In this document: in pieces, positions 10,022-20,201 of the stretch
Layout: each line of letters begins with the position of its first letter
Numbering within the stretch: the first letter of the stretch is position 1
IMG/VR virus record: IMGVR_UViG_3300028571_000013
Coordinates: 1-64,000 of that record
From: a virus
Reading direction: 5' to 3' (one strand)
DNA length: 64,000 nt
The notes under the pieces: generated by a model
What the model was told of the DNA's origin: nothing
Databases searched by the model: none
The model's input: only the letters and a program-made list of their open reading frames with translations
Program-made: the position numbers and the translations under genes

Positions 10022-10076
10022 ATCCACTCGCTTATTGTAGATGATCCGTCTAAGAAGAAAGCGTACCAAGAAGAAA

Positions 10077-10361
10077 CTACGGGGTTTTGTCGCCCATTAT
10101 AATCTTGATTTTATTGCTGTCTACAATACAAAAATAACTTTGTGTAATCTTGTTTTTATCAAAACCATCTTCTTGAACAACGGTCCAAATGTTTATTCGA
10201 TAACGATTTCCATAAACATTTGTAGCTTTGATCTTGATGCAATTTTTTGGCTTTTCAATTTGCTTTAAAAGCAAATCAATCACATCACTCTCGCTGATTT
10301 TCTTTTCAACGTCGATTGCAACATTCTCAGAGACATTTTTTTCTTTTACCATAGTCTTCAT
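10077..10361 (-). CDS. Hypothetical protein, homolog of 25524..25832
   Basis: KPKN..IKATNVYGNRYRINIW vs RPKN..CRAINLWDNRYRINVY. Confidence 0.6.
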   Translation of the reverse strand: MKTMVKEKNVSENVAIDVEKKISESDVIDLLLKQIEKPKNCIKIKATNVYGNRYRINIWTVVQEDGFDKNKITQSYFCIVDSNKIKIIMGDKTP

Positions 10362-10642
10362 TTTTCTTCCTTTGAGTTGATATAAACAATTAATTCTTTA
10401 AGAAAAACAGCATTTTCACTTTCAGACATACTATGTGGAATTGCGTTTAGTAAAAGATACGTGGATTCTGCGTCTGTTTCAAGCTTATTTATCTCATCAA
10501 TTAAAGAATTTAGCTTCTTCTTTGCTTCGAGATATCTTTTAAACAAACCATCTGTAATCTTTTTTTCGTCATTTTCTTTTAAACGCTCTGCCCATTTACC
10601 GAGAGATCCTCGATAACAAATTTCCCACTTTTTATAGTTCAT
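10358..10642 (-). CDS. Hypothetical coiled-coil protein
   Basis: 94-aa ORF coupled to neighbours. Confidence 0.5.
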   Translation of the reverse strand: MNYKKWEICYRGSLGKWAERLKENDEKKITDGLFKRYLEAKKKLNSLIDEINKLETDAESTYLLLNAIPHSMSESENAVFLKELIVYINSKEEK

Positions 10643-12813
10643 TACGATGCCGCCTTGCTATGCTTGGCATTAAGATAAAATACAAACTCATTCAACTCTC
10701 TCTGCTTATCTGAATGATTGCCATAGTATCCACCAACGATATAACTAAGTTGCTTCATTAGAGGATACTTTCGAGTAATCTCCTCTTCAAGCTTTGCAAC
10801 CTTCTTAACATTATCGTTAACTGCTGAGTAATAGGGATACATTGAAAGAATCCTATCGGGAATCGTGGTTGTATTCCTTCTATTATCAGCAGGCGCCTGA
10901 CCCTTGATTCGGAAATATTCTGCAATCTTATCACACTTGATCTTATCAAGAGACTTTCTCAACGGCTCAAAGGTATTGCTTGCCTGCTTGAAAACAAAGT
11001 CTTCAATAATCTTATTATCAATATCAACGTGATCGCTGATGGACTCGGCAACGTCAGAATATTCCATCACATTATCCAGAGTGTTTACAGCATCATAATC
11101 TCGCTTACTGAGCTTAATGATTTTGTAGTTACCATGCTCGATAAGAAACTTGATGTTTTCAATAAAGATGGGATTATCGAAATCATATTCCTCTGAGCCA
11201 GAGAAGGGAACAGAAATATAATTATGAGCACTTGACTCAATCCACTCAAGAGTTACATCTTCCTTGCTATCAGATTCAAGCTTGCCATGCCTATATCCGT
11301 AGCGATGATCAGCCGGCTTAATATACCTAATGCTGACAGTCCCGGACTCTTTCTTGGCTTTATAAGCAGGCTTGTCAAGCTGAATATCAGTGATGTAGAT
11401 AGCCTCAAGATGATCCTTGAGATTATTCTTCTGCTCTTCGGTATAATGATTGATCACATACACATAAGAAAGAATTTCATCATCAGAGAAAAGCTTCTTG
11501 ATCTTTTCCTTGAAAACATATTCAGGAACATGCCTTCCGTTCTTATCTTCATTTACAAGAACAAACTTTACCTTTTCTTCACCAAAGTGAATTTCGGCAT
11601 TTCCAACACGATTTAGAATTCGCCTAGTCTTTTGACGCTTAATATTGTATCGCTCAACAATACATCCGGTAAAGCTAGATGATTCAATCTTACCGTTAGG
11701 AAGAAGCTTATACGAACATCCGTTCTTCTTAAAAGCAACATCCAAAGTCTTAGGAAAATTCCCAAGATTGAATGTAGCCTTAAGCTTAAAGTAGAAGTTG
11801 ATGTAGGATGGAATATCCTTGAAGTCTTTTTCAAACTGATCTTCCACACAAGAATAAAGAGACTTTCTCGCCTCTTCGCAAATCTCATTAACTTTTTGCT
11901 TGCTGCCTTCCTTATCGGAAATGCTTTCCCTAGTGGCAGAAACTTCAAGAACACCATTACCAACTTCAATAAAGCTCATGTGAGCTGCATATGAAGCAGA
12001 CTTAAGCTTTTCAACCTCAGGACATTCCCGAGAAAACTTATTGATGCTGTATGGGATCTTATCAATCAGAACATAAATGTCCTGGTTGTATGAGTCGAAA
12101 AGACGCTTAACAAGATCGTCCTTTTCAAGAAGAAACCAATTATCCTTCTTGTAAAGAATCTTATCACTGCCTGCAAGCCATGATGCAGGAATTTCAATAT
12201 TTGTAATTCCCTTCAACTCAGGCTTAACATCCCAAAAATAAGTGCAACGATAAACAGCAGCCACAAACTGCTCAATATCACACTCTTTAACAGGAACCTG
12301 AATTTCAACGCCATTGGGTTCGGTTGAATCAACCTCACTAATGAGTTCAAGGGTGCCATTGCTATTCTTGCCAGTGTGAGCAATATAAGTTCGGCACTTA
12401 CCCTGGTGATGGCTTACAACAATAAAGCTATCGGTATAAGCCCACGCACTCTTTGCACCGATACCAAACCCACCAGTTTGAACATTGTCCTTACGCTTGG
12501 TGCTGCTTCCGTAAAGAACGAAAACATCCTTAACACGATCCGGAGACAAACCGGTTCCAAAATCTCTGATTTTAAGAACACTATCGAGCTTTGTTGGGAG
12601 AGTAACCCTTAAAGGAGTATTAGCATTACCTGCATCACGATGACTATCTCTGCCGTTACAAAGATATTCCTGAGTCAGAGTTCGAATTGGATTTGAATAA
12701 AGCCTGTTGCGAAGGATATCAATGATGGTGCTAACATCACCGATACCGAATTCGAGGCTATCTGCGTTATTGTTGTTGGTATCAAGAACAGAACCGTTAT
12801 TAGAAATCTTCAT
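10642..12813 (-). CDS. rIIA: rIIA-like protein (GHKL/HSP90-like ATPase N-domain)
   Basis: LYSNPIRTLTQEYLCNGRDSH, IRDFGTGLS, YGSSTK, GGFGIGAKS, EPNGVEI. Confidence 0.8.
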   Translation of the reverse strand: MKISNNGSVLDTNNNNADSLEFGIGDVSTIIDILRNRLYSNPIRTLTQEYLCNGRDSHRDAGNANTPLRVTLPTKLDSVLKIRDFGTGLSPDRVKDVFVLYGSSTKRKDNVQTGGFGIGAKSAWAYTDSFIVVSHHQGKCRTYIAHTGKNSNGTLELISEVDSTEPNGVEIQVPVKECDIEQFVAAVYRCTYFWDVKPELKGITNIEIPASWLAGSDKILYKKDNWFLLEKDDLVKRLFDSYNQDIYVLIDKIPYSINKFSRECPEVEKLKSASYAAHMSFIEVGNGVLEVSATRESISDKEGSKQKVNEICEEARKSLYSCVEDQFEKDFKDIPSYINFYFKLKATFNLGNFPKTLDVAFKKNGCSYKLLPNGKIESSSFTGCIVERYNIKRQKTRRILNRVGNAEIHFGEEKVKFVLVNEDKNGRHVPEYVFKEKIKKLFSDDEILSYVYVINHYTEEQKNNLKDHLEAIYITDIQLDKPAYKAKKESGTVSIRYIKPADHRYGYRHGKLESDSKEDVTLEWIESSAHNYISVPFSGSEEYDFDNPIFIENIKFLIEHGNYKIIKLSKRDYDAVNTLDNVMEYSDVAESISDHVDIDNKIIEDFVFKQASNTFEPLRKSLDKIKCDKIAEYFRIKGQAPADNRRNTTTIPDRILSMYPYYSAVNDNVKKVAKLEEEITRKYPLMKQLSYIVGGYYGNHSDKQRELNEFVFYLNAKHSKAAS

Positions 12814-13855
12814 TAGAAATAACTCCTTCGTTAGTATTAAGAAAATTAATTGCCTGAGTATTATCGCCAGAAATCATATGTTCAAAGAAATCTTCAATAT
12901 CTTTCGGATTCAACAAACTGATCTTCATGAGAAGATCAGGAATTGAAATCTTTCCAACCTCATCCTTATAAACCTTGATAAAAGCCAGAACCTTACGCCA
13001 AATTTCACTTGAGATTTGAATATACCTGGGTTCATCTACACGCTTGTCTGCGAAAGCATATATTGTTTTGAGCTCTTCCTCATCTAAATCCTTCAAACCA
13101 TTAAGATTAATCAGCTCAATAGCACCCTTGACAAGCTCTTGACAAAGAACAACAAACGTTCTAGCTTTTGCCACTACTTTTGGATTATCATTTTCATTCT
13201 CACCATACTCTACTTTTGAACTGCCTTGAACAAGCATATCCAAATTGTCAGAACTTTCAAGCATAGAGGAATAATCAATCTTCCAATATGTGTAAACAGT
13301 TCCAACACTTACCTCATCATAAATCCCAATTATATCTTCTGAAATCTTTTCCAAGTCATTTCTAACAAGGTGGTGCATCGTATAAAAAGCATGGATGCTT
13401 GCACCTTGAGTAATGCAATTCAAAAGAATTCTTTTGTTGATGCTATCTTTCAAAGATTGCGAAAGTGAATCATAATCATAATCTTCTTCTGGGAACGACT
13501 CATCTGTTGAATTAACATCAATGTCTTCTTTATTGAGATGAGCTTCCAAAATATCTTCTGGAATTTCAAAAGCCTCACTCACAGCCTTGATTGCAAGTTC
13601 CTTAAGAACATCCTCATTTCCGCTTTCTTCTTGAAGAGCGGCAATAAACTTGTTTGTCAAAGAATTGAAATCAAAATTGATCCCAAGATTCTTGATTCGA
13701 TCATCAACAAACTCATAGCTCTTCTTGGAAAGATCATCGCCAAAGTAAACAAGATTCCTGTTTTTCTTGAAAACATGAAACTTGCTTTCGTTCTTCTTCA
13801 AATCTTTCCAAAAATTTCTAATCTTTGGATTAACGTGCAAACTATTGCTATACAT
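12800..13855 (-). CDS. Hypothetical phage protein
   Basis: 351-aa ORF; INKRILLNCITQGAS, ELVKGAIEL. Confidence 0.6.
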   Translation of the reverse strand: MYSNSLHVNPKIRNFWKDLKKNESKFHVFKKNRNLVYFGDDLSKKSYEFVDDRIKNLGINFDFNSLTNKFIAALQEESGNEDVLKELAIKAVSEAFEIPEDILEAHLNKEDIDVNSTDESFPEEDYDYDSLSQSLKDSINKRILLNCITQGASIHAFYTMHHLVRNDLEKISEDIIGIYDEVSVGTVYTYWKIDYSSMLESSDNLDMLVQGSSKVEYGENENDNPKVVAKARTFVVLCQELVKGAIELINLNGLKDLDEEELKTIYAFADKRVDEPRYIQISSEIWRKVLAFIKVYKDEVGKISIPDLLMKISLLNPKDIEDFFEHMISGDNTQAINFLNTNEGVISNEDF

Positions 13856-14025
13856 CAGTTCTTAGGCTCCGGCATTACCGCTGGGCGGGGTGCCTTAAAG
13901 GGGCTTGTTGGCGTCTGTGGCGTCTTTGCCGGGGTTTTAACCGGCGGCGGGGCGGTTGCTGGCATCTTATCTCCTATTCTCGTTTCTCTCGCACAACCGA
14001 ACAGCGTACCACAAAGAAACTTCTA

Positions 14026-14346
14026 TTAGTAATTCTTATATTCAGGAATATCGCCGTTCGATTCTATTTTTTCATTTTCATAAGTGCTAGCAAGTCTTCT
14101 ATACAGTTCTTGATTAATATTCTCAAGAACGCCTGTGACTACCGCAATTTTCTTATAAGACGGCGAGCCAATTAAACCAGCACAAATCCTGCTTATACAA
14201 TAATTCAAATCACCAGATATTTCCAATATTTGTTCTGGCGATAAAGCAGGATTTGTTTCTGTAGAGACCTGCTTCTCAATAGCAGATCTTAAATCTAAGA
14301 TAGCACCATCAAGTTTTTCTCGTCTTTTTTTATCAATATATGGCAT
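14026..14346 (-). CDS. Conserved phage protein (DUF6899-like)
   Basis: MPYI..R, GDLNY, ELYRR...YENEKIESNGDI. Confidence 0.6.
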   Translation of the reverse strand: MPYIDKKRREKLDGAILDLRSAIEKQVSTETNPALSPEQILEISGDLNYCISRICAGLIGSPSYKKIAVVTGVLENINQELYRRLASTYENEKIESNGDIPEYKNY

Positions 14347-14620
14347 ATTAGCACTCCTTGCAAAGTATTGTACGTTTTTTCAAAAATTTGTCAAATGTTT
14401 ACTTTTTGCTAAACTTTTGAATATATCCTTCTTCATCATTACTGTATTCATCATATAGCACACAAGACTCATGCTCTTCACAAATATGATTTAGATATTC
14501 GATTTCTTCAATTTGAATTTTGGCTTTTTCAATATCTTCTTGTTTTGTATTTGATTCTTTTTCTTTTTTCATGTGTCCCCTCCGATCACCGAGCGTACCA
14601 CAAAGAAACAAAGGCAATAA

Positions 14621-14657
14621 AAAACCCCTGCTGGACATTTTAGTTCCAGCAGGGGTT
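14621..14657 (-). terminator. Intrinsic terminator
   Basis: aacccctgctgga...tccagcaggggtt hairpin followed by a T-run on the minus strand. Confidence 0.75.
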
Positions 14658-14681
14658 CAAGGACTGATTGTATCAGAAAAA

Positions 14682-14942
14682 TTACCTGCCGCGACGAATT
14701 TGAGCAAGAATTTCCTTGGCTTTTTCAACGACACTTGGACGACCACCACGGGGGAACTTTCTTAGCTCAACACCCTCTTTACGAAGCTTGCTTGCACGAA
14801 GGCTAACTGCTGGTGGTTTAATGCCTAACTTCTCTGCAACTTCTGATATAGACTCATTTCGAGTGTCCTCATATGCCCGAATGAAATCTTCTATCGAAAC
14901 ATATGACCTTTTTTCAGAATCAGCCTTTTTGACGGTTGCCAT
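14682..14942 (-). CDS. Small HTH DNA-binding protein
   Basis: SISEVAEKLGIKPPAVSLRASKLRKEGV. Confidence 0.65.
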   Translation of the reverse strand: MATVKKADSEKRSYVSIEDFIRAYEDTRNESISEVAEKLGIKPPAVSLRASKLRKEGVELRKFPRGGRPSVVEKAKEILAQIRRGR

Positions 14943-15394
14943 CTTGGTTTCTCCTAGTTGGCGGTTTCTTTTCCGCAAGAACAACATTGATCTTGCTTCT
15001 GTTTCAAACATATACGATGAAAAACAAAAGGCAAGAGACTGGTGCACAATATTTTTGCAACATAGAATAATTTTATGTTTCTAAGATAAATCTAGAGTTC
15101 CATAGGTTCTGCGTCATCTATTTCTATTTTGCCAAAATAATCTTCAGAGCGATTTTGAATTAAGCCCTCTTTGATTAGCAGGGACTTAACAAAATCAATT
15201 CTGCAACAAATTTCTTCAAAGGATTTTTTATCGCTACAGTTTTTAATAAACTTGAAATGATTTTCATATTTATTTGTTCTAAAAACTAGCTCTACAACCT
15301 CCATAGCCTCATTTTTTATATTATCTTTGAACACATTTTCAATAATGTGGTTCATTTCTTCTTTCAACATTTTTAATCTATCTTATTTTCTATA

Positions 15395-15964
15395 TCATCC
15401 TTTCAAAACAAGAGGAATGAGCTTTAACTTCAAATCACTTTCCAGATTGGAATCAATTATACACCTAACAAGATCCTGCATCTTATGAGTTGACTTTGTT
15501 TCAACAACTTTGACCGGCTTGACAGTAGAATTGATCTTGGTTGAAGTAGTCTTAACTGTGCTTCTTTCATTGTAGTGATGGTAAAAATCAACCAAGGTTT
15601 TTACCTTCCACTTGAAACCATTTGAATCCCTATATCCCTGCTTGTTGATATAAGAAGCTGCTTCCTTATACCCAGTTTTAAATCCTGGCTTCAACGGATT
15701 ATCTCTAATCATAGATTCAACCAGATTGTAAACTTCTTTTCTATTCTGAGCACCAGTAATTCCTCGTTTGCAAATCTTCAAAGCATTCATATTATCCTCG
15801 TTTGGGGTTTCTTTAATATCTTTGGCTCCTTTTTGGAGCAGATATTGTTTTACAAAAATCAAATCATTTTCGGAAAGCAAATCATTTAAATCTTGTTCGC
15901 TTTCCAAAACAACATCACTACAATCTACGGATAAGGATTTACCCAGTTCCGATAAAGTATTCAC
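15395..15964 (-). CDS. Putative DNA-binding protein
   Basis: YKEAASYINKQGYRDSNGFKW resembles a recombinase-type HTH; C-terminal motif shared with the next gene. Confidence 0.5.
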   Translation of the reverse strand: MNTLSELGKSLSVDCSDVVLESEQDLNDLLSENDLIFVKQYLLQKGAKDIKETPNEDNMNALKICKRGITGAQNRKEVYNLVESMIRDNPLKPGFKTGYKEAASYINKQGYRDSNGFKWKVKTLVDFYHHYNERSTVKTTSTKINSTVKPVKVVETKSTHKMQDLVRCIIDSNLESDLKLKLIPLVLKG

Positions 15965-15984
15965 AGGAAATCCTTTCCTAAAAT

Positions 15985-16326
15985 TTAGAAGAAATTCTTC
16001 AAAAGTTCCAGCTTAGAATTAGCATCCATATCGCACTTAATAATAGCAGAAACAAGATGGTTCACACTGATTGGTCTAGCTTCGCCATTCTTAGCCATTT
16101 GCATTAAAGTCTGCTTATTCTTAAACGCAACCTCATCAATAACAGACAAAGCCTTTTTCTTCATGCTTTTGTAAGGCTTTTTATAATCAGAAAGTATTTG
16201 CCCGATTCTTGGGGCTGATACTCCGAACTTTTCTGCTATCTCATTTTGAGTAGCGCCATTCTTACGCATCTCAAAAATCTGCTTGTTTCGGGCTGTCATA
16301 TCGTTTTTGGAAAGCTTAGTCTTCAC
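15985..16326 (-). CDS. HTH (sigma region 4-like) protein
   Basis: RNKQIFEMRKNGATQNEIAEKFGVSAPRIGQIL. Confidence 0.7.
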   Translation of the reverse strand: MKTKLSKNDMTARNKQIFEMRKNGATQNEIAEKFGVSAPRIGQILSDYKKPYKSMKKKALSVIDEVAFKNKQTLMQMAKNGEARPISVNHLVSAIIKCDMDANSKLELLKNFF

Positions 16327-16633
16327 AATCGTCTCCTCGGGTTAGAACAAAACAAAAGAACACAAACGCACATACTAAGGTAGTAGGCAAGTAGTTGTCA
16401 AGCAAGTTTCTGGAACTTTTCTTGGTAGTCTTTCCACTTGCCTTGTGTTAGGTGGTTGAAAATATCTTTGGCTAAAGAGTCCACATCTTCTGAACGTGAA
16501 TATTCTTCGTCACCAATATATTTCCAGCTATATCCGCCTTCTTTGGAATTTTTGACATCATATTTCAAAGATTTAGCCCACTTTTTGATTTCGCCAATCA
16601 TCATGATAATATATTCTCGAAGATATATTTTTG

Positions 16634-17566
16634 CTATTTTACTGGGTAGAGAATGTAATTTGGAGAAAAATCTTTTAAGCCGTCTGAAGAGTAATTTTTA
16701 ACCGGTATTTGTTGCACAGCCAGCGGACCAAACAAAAACTCACTCAGCATAGATCTATTTGGTAAAACTTTATAATATGGTTGTTGTCCGCTATTGCCAT
16801 GACTATCTGCGAACTTCTTCAAAAATTGAGCTAGCGTTATTTCTTTGTTTTCTTTTACTGCATTGAATGTTGAAGATAGCCTTGAAGCAAAAACTCCTCT
16901 TGTCGAAAGATCTTCAACGCTTGAAGAACTGATGATAAGAATTTCTTCATAAGCACCACTATCTTCACAAAAATCTATCTCATCATTCTTTAAGCTAAAT
17001 ATCCCAGCAAATGGTTTGATTTTAAAAGAAAATCTATTGGGCATTTCTGGTAGATAATCTGTGGGTATGGCTATTTGAATTTCTCTCAATAGCTGTCCGT
17101 CTTCTTTTAAGCTTTCTTGAATACTTCCTGCAGCATGACAAGTATCAACTAAAAACACTAATCTTCTAACAGTTTTAACTTTAGCTATTGCCGCAATTGC
17201 TTTACTAAATCTAAAGTTTCCATCAGAAGAAGACATTATAAATCTATTTCCGCTTCCTCCTCCATGACTATTCAAATAAAGAAGAAGTGTTCCATTGTCA
17301 TCAAGCTTTGAAGCCATATCAGCCATTTTTGAATATATAAAATTGGATGGAACGTTGTGATATCTCTCGGCTTTAAATCCAAGAGAACGATCTTTGAAAA
17401 CGCCTTCCATCAAATCTAAATTTCTTAGTCTGCCATTTTCATCTGTCATTGTAAACAGACCGGCTATATTGTTTGCATTAACATCTATAGCAAAACCTGT
17501 TTTATCTTGTGCGAAAATAGGACTTGAAAAAATCAAGACAACAAAAATAATTAAAAACTTAAGCAT
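16634..17566 (-). CDS. Secreted caspase/hemoglobinase-fold (clan CD) peptidase
   Basis: Signal peptide; LLLYLNSHGGG (catalytic His-Gly) and FLVDTCHAAG (catalytic Cys). Confidence 0.7.
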   Translation of the reverse strand: MLKFLIIFVVLIFSSPIFAQDKTGFAIDVNANNIAGLFTMTDENGRLRNLDLMEGVFKDRSLGFKAERYHNVPSNFIYSKMADMASKLDDNGTLLLYLNSHGGGSGNRFIMSSSDGNFRFSKAIAAIAKVKTVRRLVFLVDTCHAAGSIQESLKEDGQLLREIQIAIPTDYLPEMPNRFSFKIKPFAGIFSLKNDEIDFCEDSGAYEEILIISSSSVEDLSTRGVFASRLSSTFNAVKENKEITLAQFLKKFADSHGNSGQQPYYKVLPNRSMLSEFLFGPLAVQQIPVKNYSSDGLKDFSPNYILYPVK

Positions 17567-17588
17567 GTCTTTATTTAGTAAATAAATA

Positions 17589-18134
17589 TCAATATTTCAA
17601 GACAGCAAAGGATTCCCAAGATTCCTGCTTATTATTAAACGTTTTTAGTAAACTCCACTTTTCTTTGTTTTTAGCTAATTTGGGGAAATCTTCTAGAAAA
17701 AAATAAAAGCCAATTTTTACTGGGTATTCATTGATTCTACCTGGGCATCCACCACCTGTGTGAAAACCTCTAAATCCATATCCATATAAATATGAACTGA
17801 ATAGCATATTTGATGCACAGTCTACATGTATATTCTTGTTGTTTTGTGCAAAAAAAGAAATTTGACCTTGCCAGCCGGGATAATTTCTTGGGGCGCCTTC
17901 TATTCTACCACCCCAATTAGTCACACCATTTATAGGGCATCCATGACTGTTTGAAACATGGTCATAATATTTAACATCTACTTCAAGGTTTGAAATATCT
18001 GTGTCGTAAAATTCTTTTGATTTCTCGATAAACATTTGTGGAAAATCACAAACACTCGACAAATTAAGACGAATATAATCAGAATTAAATTCTTTTGACA
18101 AGTTTACATGCCGATTGCTTTGGCATAACTCCAA
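17589..18134 (-). CDS. Hypothetical phage protein
   Basis: VSNSHGCP.NGVTNW, YPGWQG, FHTGGG. Confidence 0.55.
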   Translation of the reverse strand: MELCQSNRHVNLSKEFNSDYIRLNLSSVCDFPQMFIEKSKEFYDTDISNLEVDVKYYDHVSNSHGCPINGVTNWGGRIEGAPRNYPGWQGQISFFAQNNKNIHVDCASNMLFSSYLYGYGFRGFHTGGGCPGRINEYPVKIGFYFFLEDFPKLAKNKEKWSLLKTFNNKQESWESFAVLKY

Positions 18135-18742
18135 ATAGTTTTTGCATCCATATCTTCGGGCAAATAGTCTTTTAGATTTTTGAGATGTGTTTTAAGTTCT
18201 TCTTTTGGAACTGTTTTCAGTAATTTAAAGGCATCACTCGTGTCTTTATCACGACCGATAACGAATTTCATTATAGTTAATACGGCGTTATTGATGATTG
18301 GAAATGTGACTCCACCGATTTGTGTGGAAACCGCCGTTTTCAAGATATAATGATTAAGAGGTGCATTACCCTCATCTGCATCAAGGAAATCAGCGTCTAA
18401 CTGTGGAACATAAATTCCACCAAATTCTCCATTAGAAGCAAGTGGTTGAAAAGCTATTCCCTTTTTTTGAAGAACTAACTTTATACTACTTATTTCTGAA
18501 GTCAAAAAATCAACGTCGGGCGTTAAAGCTCGATTATCGGAATAGTGACTCACAGCAATTCCACCGATGATAACACCGCTAATATTGTTGTCGTGGATGA
18601 ATTGCATTGCGCTTTGGGTTTTGTTAATCGCATTAGGGGTTAATACCGCCATTTCATTGAATAGCGAAGAAGAATCAAATGAGGAATGATCCCTCAGATT
18701 AACGATTGTTTTAGACACAAAGAATTCCTTGAATGTTTCCAT
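18104..18742 (-). CDS. Pol-beta superfamily nucleotidyltransferase with T4 CTS-like N-terminus
   Basis: IIGGIAV..Y...TPDVDFL and K..IGRDKDTSD; N-terminus METFKEF. Confidence 0.7.
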   Translation of the reverse strand: METFKEFFVSKTIVNLRDHSSFDSSSLFNEMAVLTPNAINKTQSAMQFIHDNNISGVIIGGIAVSHYSDNRALTPDVDFLTSEISSIKLVLQKKGIAFQPLASNGEFGGIYVPQLDADFLDADEGNAPLNHYILKTAVSTQIGGVTFPIINNAVLTIMKFVIGRDKDTSDAFKLLKTVPKEELKTHLKNLKDYLPEDMDAKTIWSYAKAIGM

Positions 18743-18793
18743 GGATATATGTATGAATAAGATTCAGAATTTCTGACTTAGATATCACAGAGA

Positions 18794-19879
18794 TCATTCT
18801 TCTTCTGCTTTAAACTTAAGTTGAGTTTGCTGACATTCTTCTGAATTTATGTCTGTTCTTTTTCCAAGGTAGATAGGCTGATACAAAGCACCAGACTGCT
18901 TCCTTGCATAAAGATACTTTACCTCAACTACATCTCCAACTTCTGGAATATCAAAGTTTACAGAAATAGTGACGTTACCAGCCTTTACAAGCTTCTTGCC
19001 CTTATAAAGACCTAACGCAGCACTACGCTTTTTGTTAATGGCTGTTACAACGCAGCTACATGTGCTGTAGAATTTATGCTTGAGATACTTGCCACCACTT
19101 GCAGGGCGACCAACATAATAATGTGCATCAATATGCTTGAATACAACACCCTCTTGATTGCCTGCCAATAGATTTTCGTAGATTTTACGCTTTTCCTTTT
19201 TATCAGTATAAAAAGGAGTGAATACAATATGTTCAGAAGAGATATGCTTGAACAAAGCATTGAGATGCTTCATTCTTTCAATAAAGCTCTTTTTACGCAG
19301 ACACTCTCCTTGATGTTCAAGAATATCAAATACGTGAAAAGTTTCTCCAATCAATTCCCCATCAATAAAAAAGCTGTGCTGCAGACTGTTTATGGAGTTC
19401 CAAATAACAGTGGGAATATTGGTTCTCTTACCCTTGCGATTAAACGCATTGAGAGATTCTTTTTCTTTTTTACCAAGCATAAACCTAACTCCATCAAGCT
19501 TATGCTGCAAAGCCCAATCATCATTATCAATAAGCTGCTCTGCTTCATCCTGTTCAATGGGATTGAGCAACACACATTGAATTTCTGTGGGAGTATCGGG
19601 CAAATCATCACTCACAACATTGATTGCTTCGTTAGAAGCCTTGTCAATATATTGGTAGCCCTTTCCCGTCTTTTCCTTAATAAGACTGGTGAAAATAGAT
19701 TTTGCTTCATTTAGTGAAGTGGGCGAATTTGTCTTACTTCCGGTCTTTAAAGCACTTCCCCTTCGACCATAAGCAAAATTAACAACATAGTTACCACCAA
19801 TATCTTCAATGGTGGCATGATAAACTTTATCACTGGCGCCTTCTTTGTAATAAAGATTAGCAGATTCAATTACAGACAT
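18794..19879 (-). CDS. WGR domain plus ATP-dependent DNA ligase
   Basis: SDKVY..NFAYGRRG..EKTGKGY (WGR); KLDGVR, IDGEL, VFDIL, EGVVFK, C-terminal OB fold. Confidence 0.85.
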   Translation of the reverse strand: MSVIESANLYYKEGASDKVYHATIEDIGGNYVVNFAYGRRGSALKTGSKTNSPTSLNEAKSIFTSLIKEKTGKGYQYIDKASNEAINVVSDDLPDTPTEIQCVLLNPIEQDEAEQLIDNDDWALQHKLDGVRFMLGKKEKESLNAFNRKGKRTNIPTVIWNSINSLQHSFFIDGELIGETFHVFDILEHQGECLRKKSFIERMKHLNALFKHISSEHIVFTPFYTDKKEKRKIYENLLAGNQEGVVFKHIDAHYYVGRPASGGKYLKHKFYSTCSCVVTAINKKRSAALGLYKGKKLVKAGNVTISVNFDIPEVGDVVEVKYLYARKQSGALYQPIYLGKRTDINSEECQQTQLKFKAEEE

Positions 19880-20201
19880 TATATTATTCCTTTATTATCG
19901 TTGAATACGTTGGTTCAAAACTTGATTAAGCATATATTGGCTTTCAACTTTTTTCAAGTCAGTTAGAAATTGTGGATCTGTATTAGGAGGACAATCAAGA
20001 TAAACACGCAACGCTGTCATTCGTGCAACGAGATTTTTAATCCAATCTCTTTCTTTAGAATAATCCCTTGGATCTTGCAAGTATTCTTCTATATCAGAAA
20101 TAGCCTCGGAAAGAACATCAGAAATCATCGTAAAACCTCAAGAGCCTTGTTACTGCTGCCTGCACAAGGAGAGAGCGTACCGGGAGGAAACTACTTGCTT
20201 T

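Larger units (their letters stand above)
2627..20191 (-). promoter_or_regulatory. Six copies of a bipartite motif GTTTC-N5-GGTACGC upstream of minus-strand genes
   Basis: 2627-2643 (broken), 5951-5967, 10061-10077, 14004-14020, 14593-14609, 20175-20191; fixed spacing, at gene boundaries. Confidence 0.75.
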
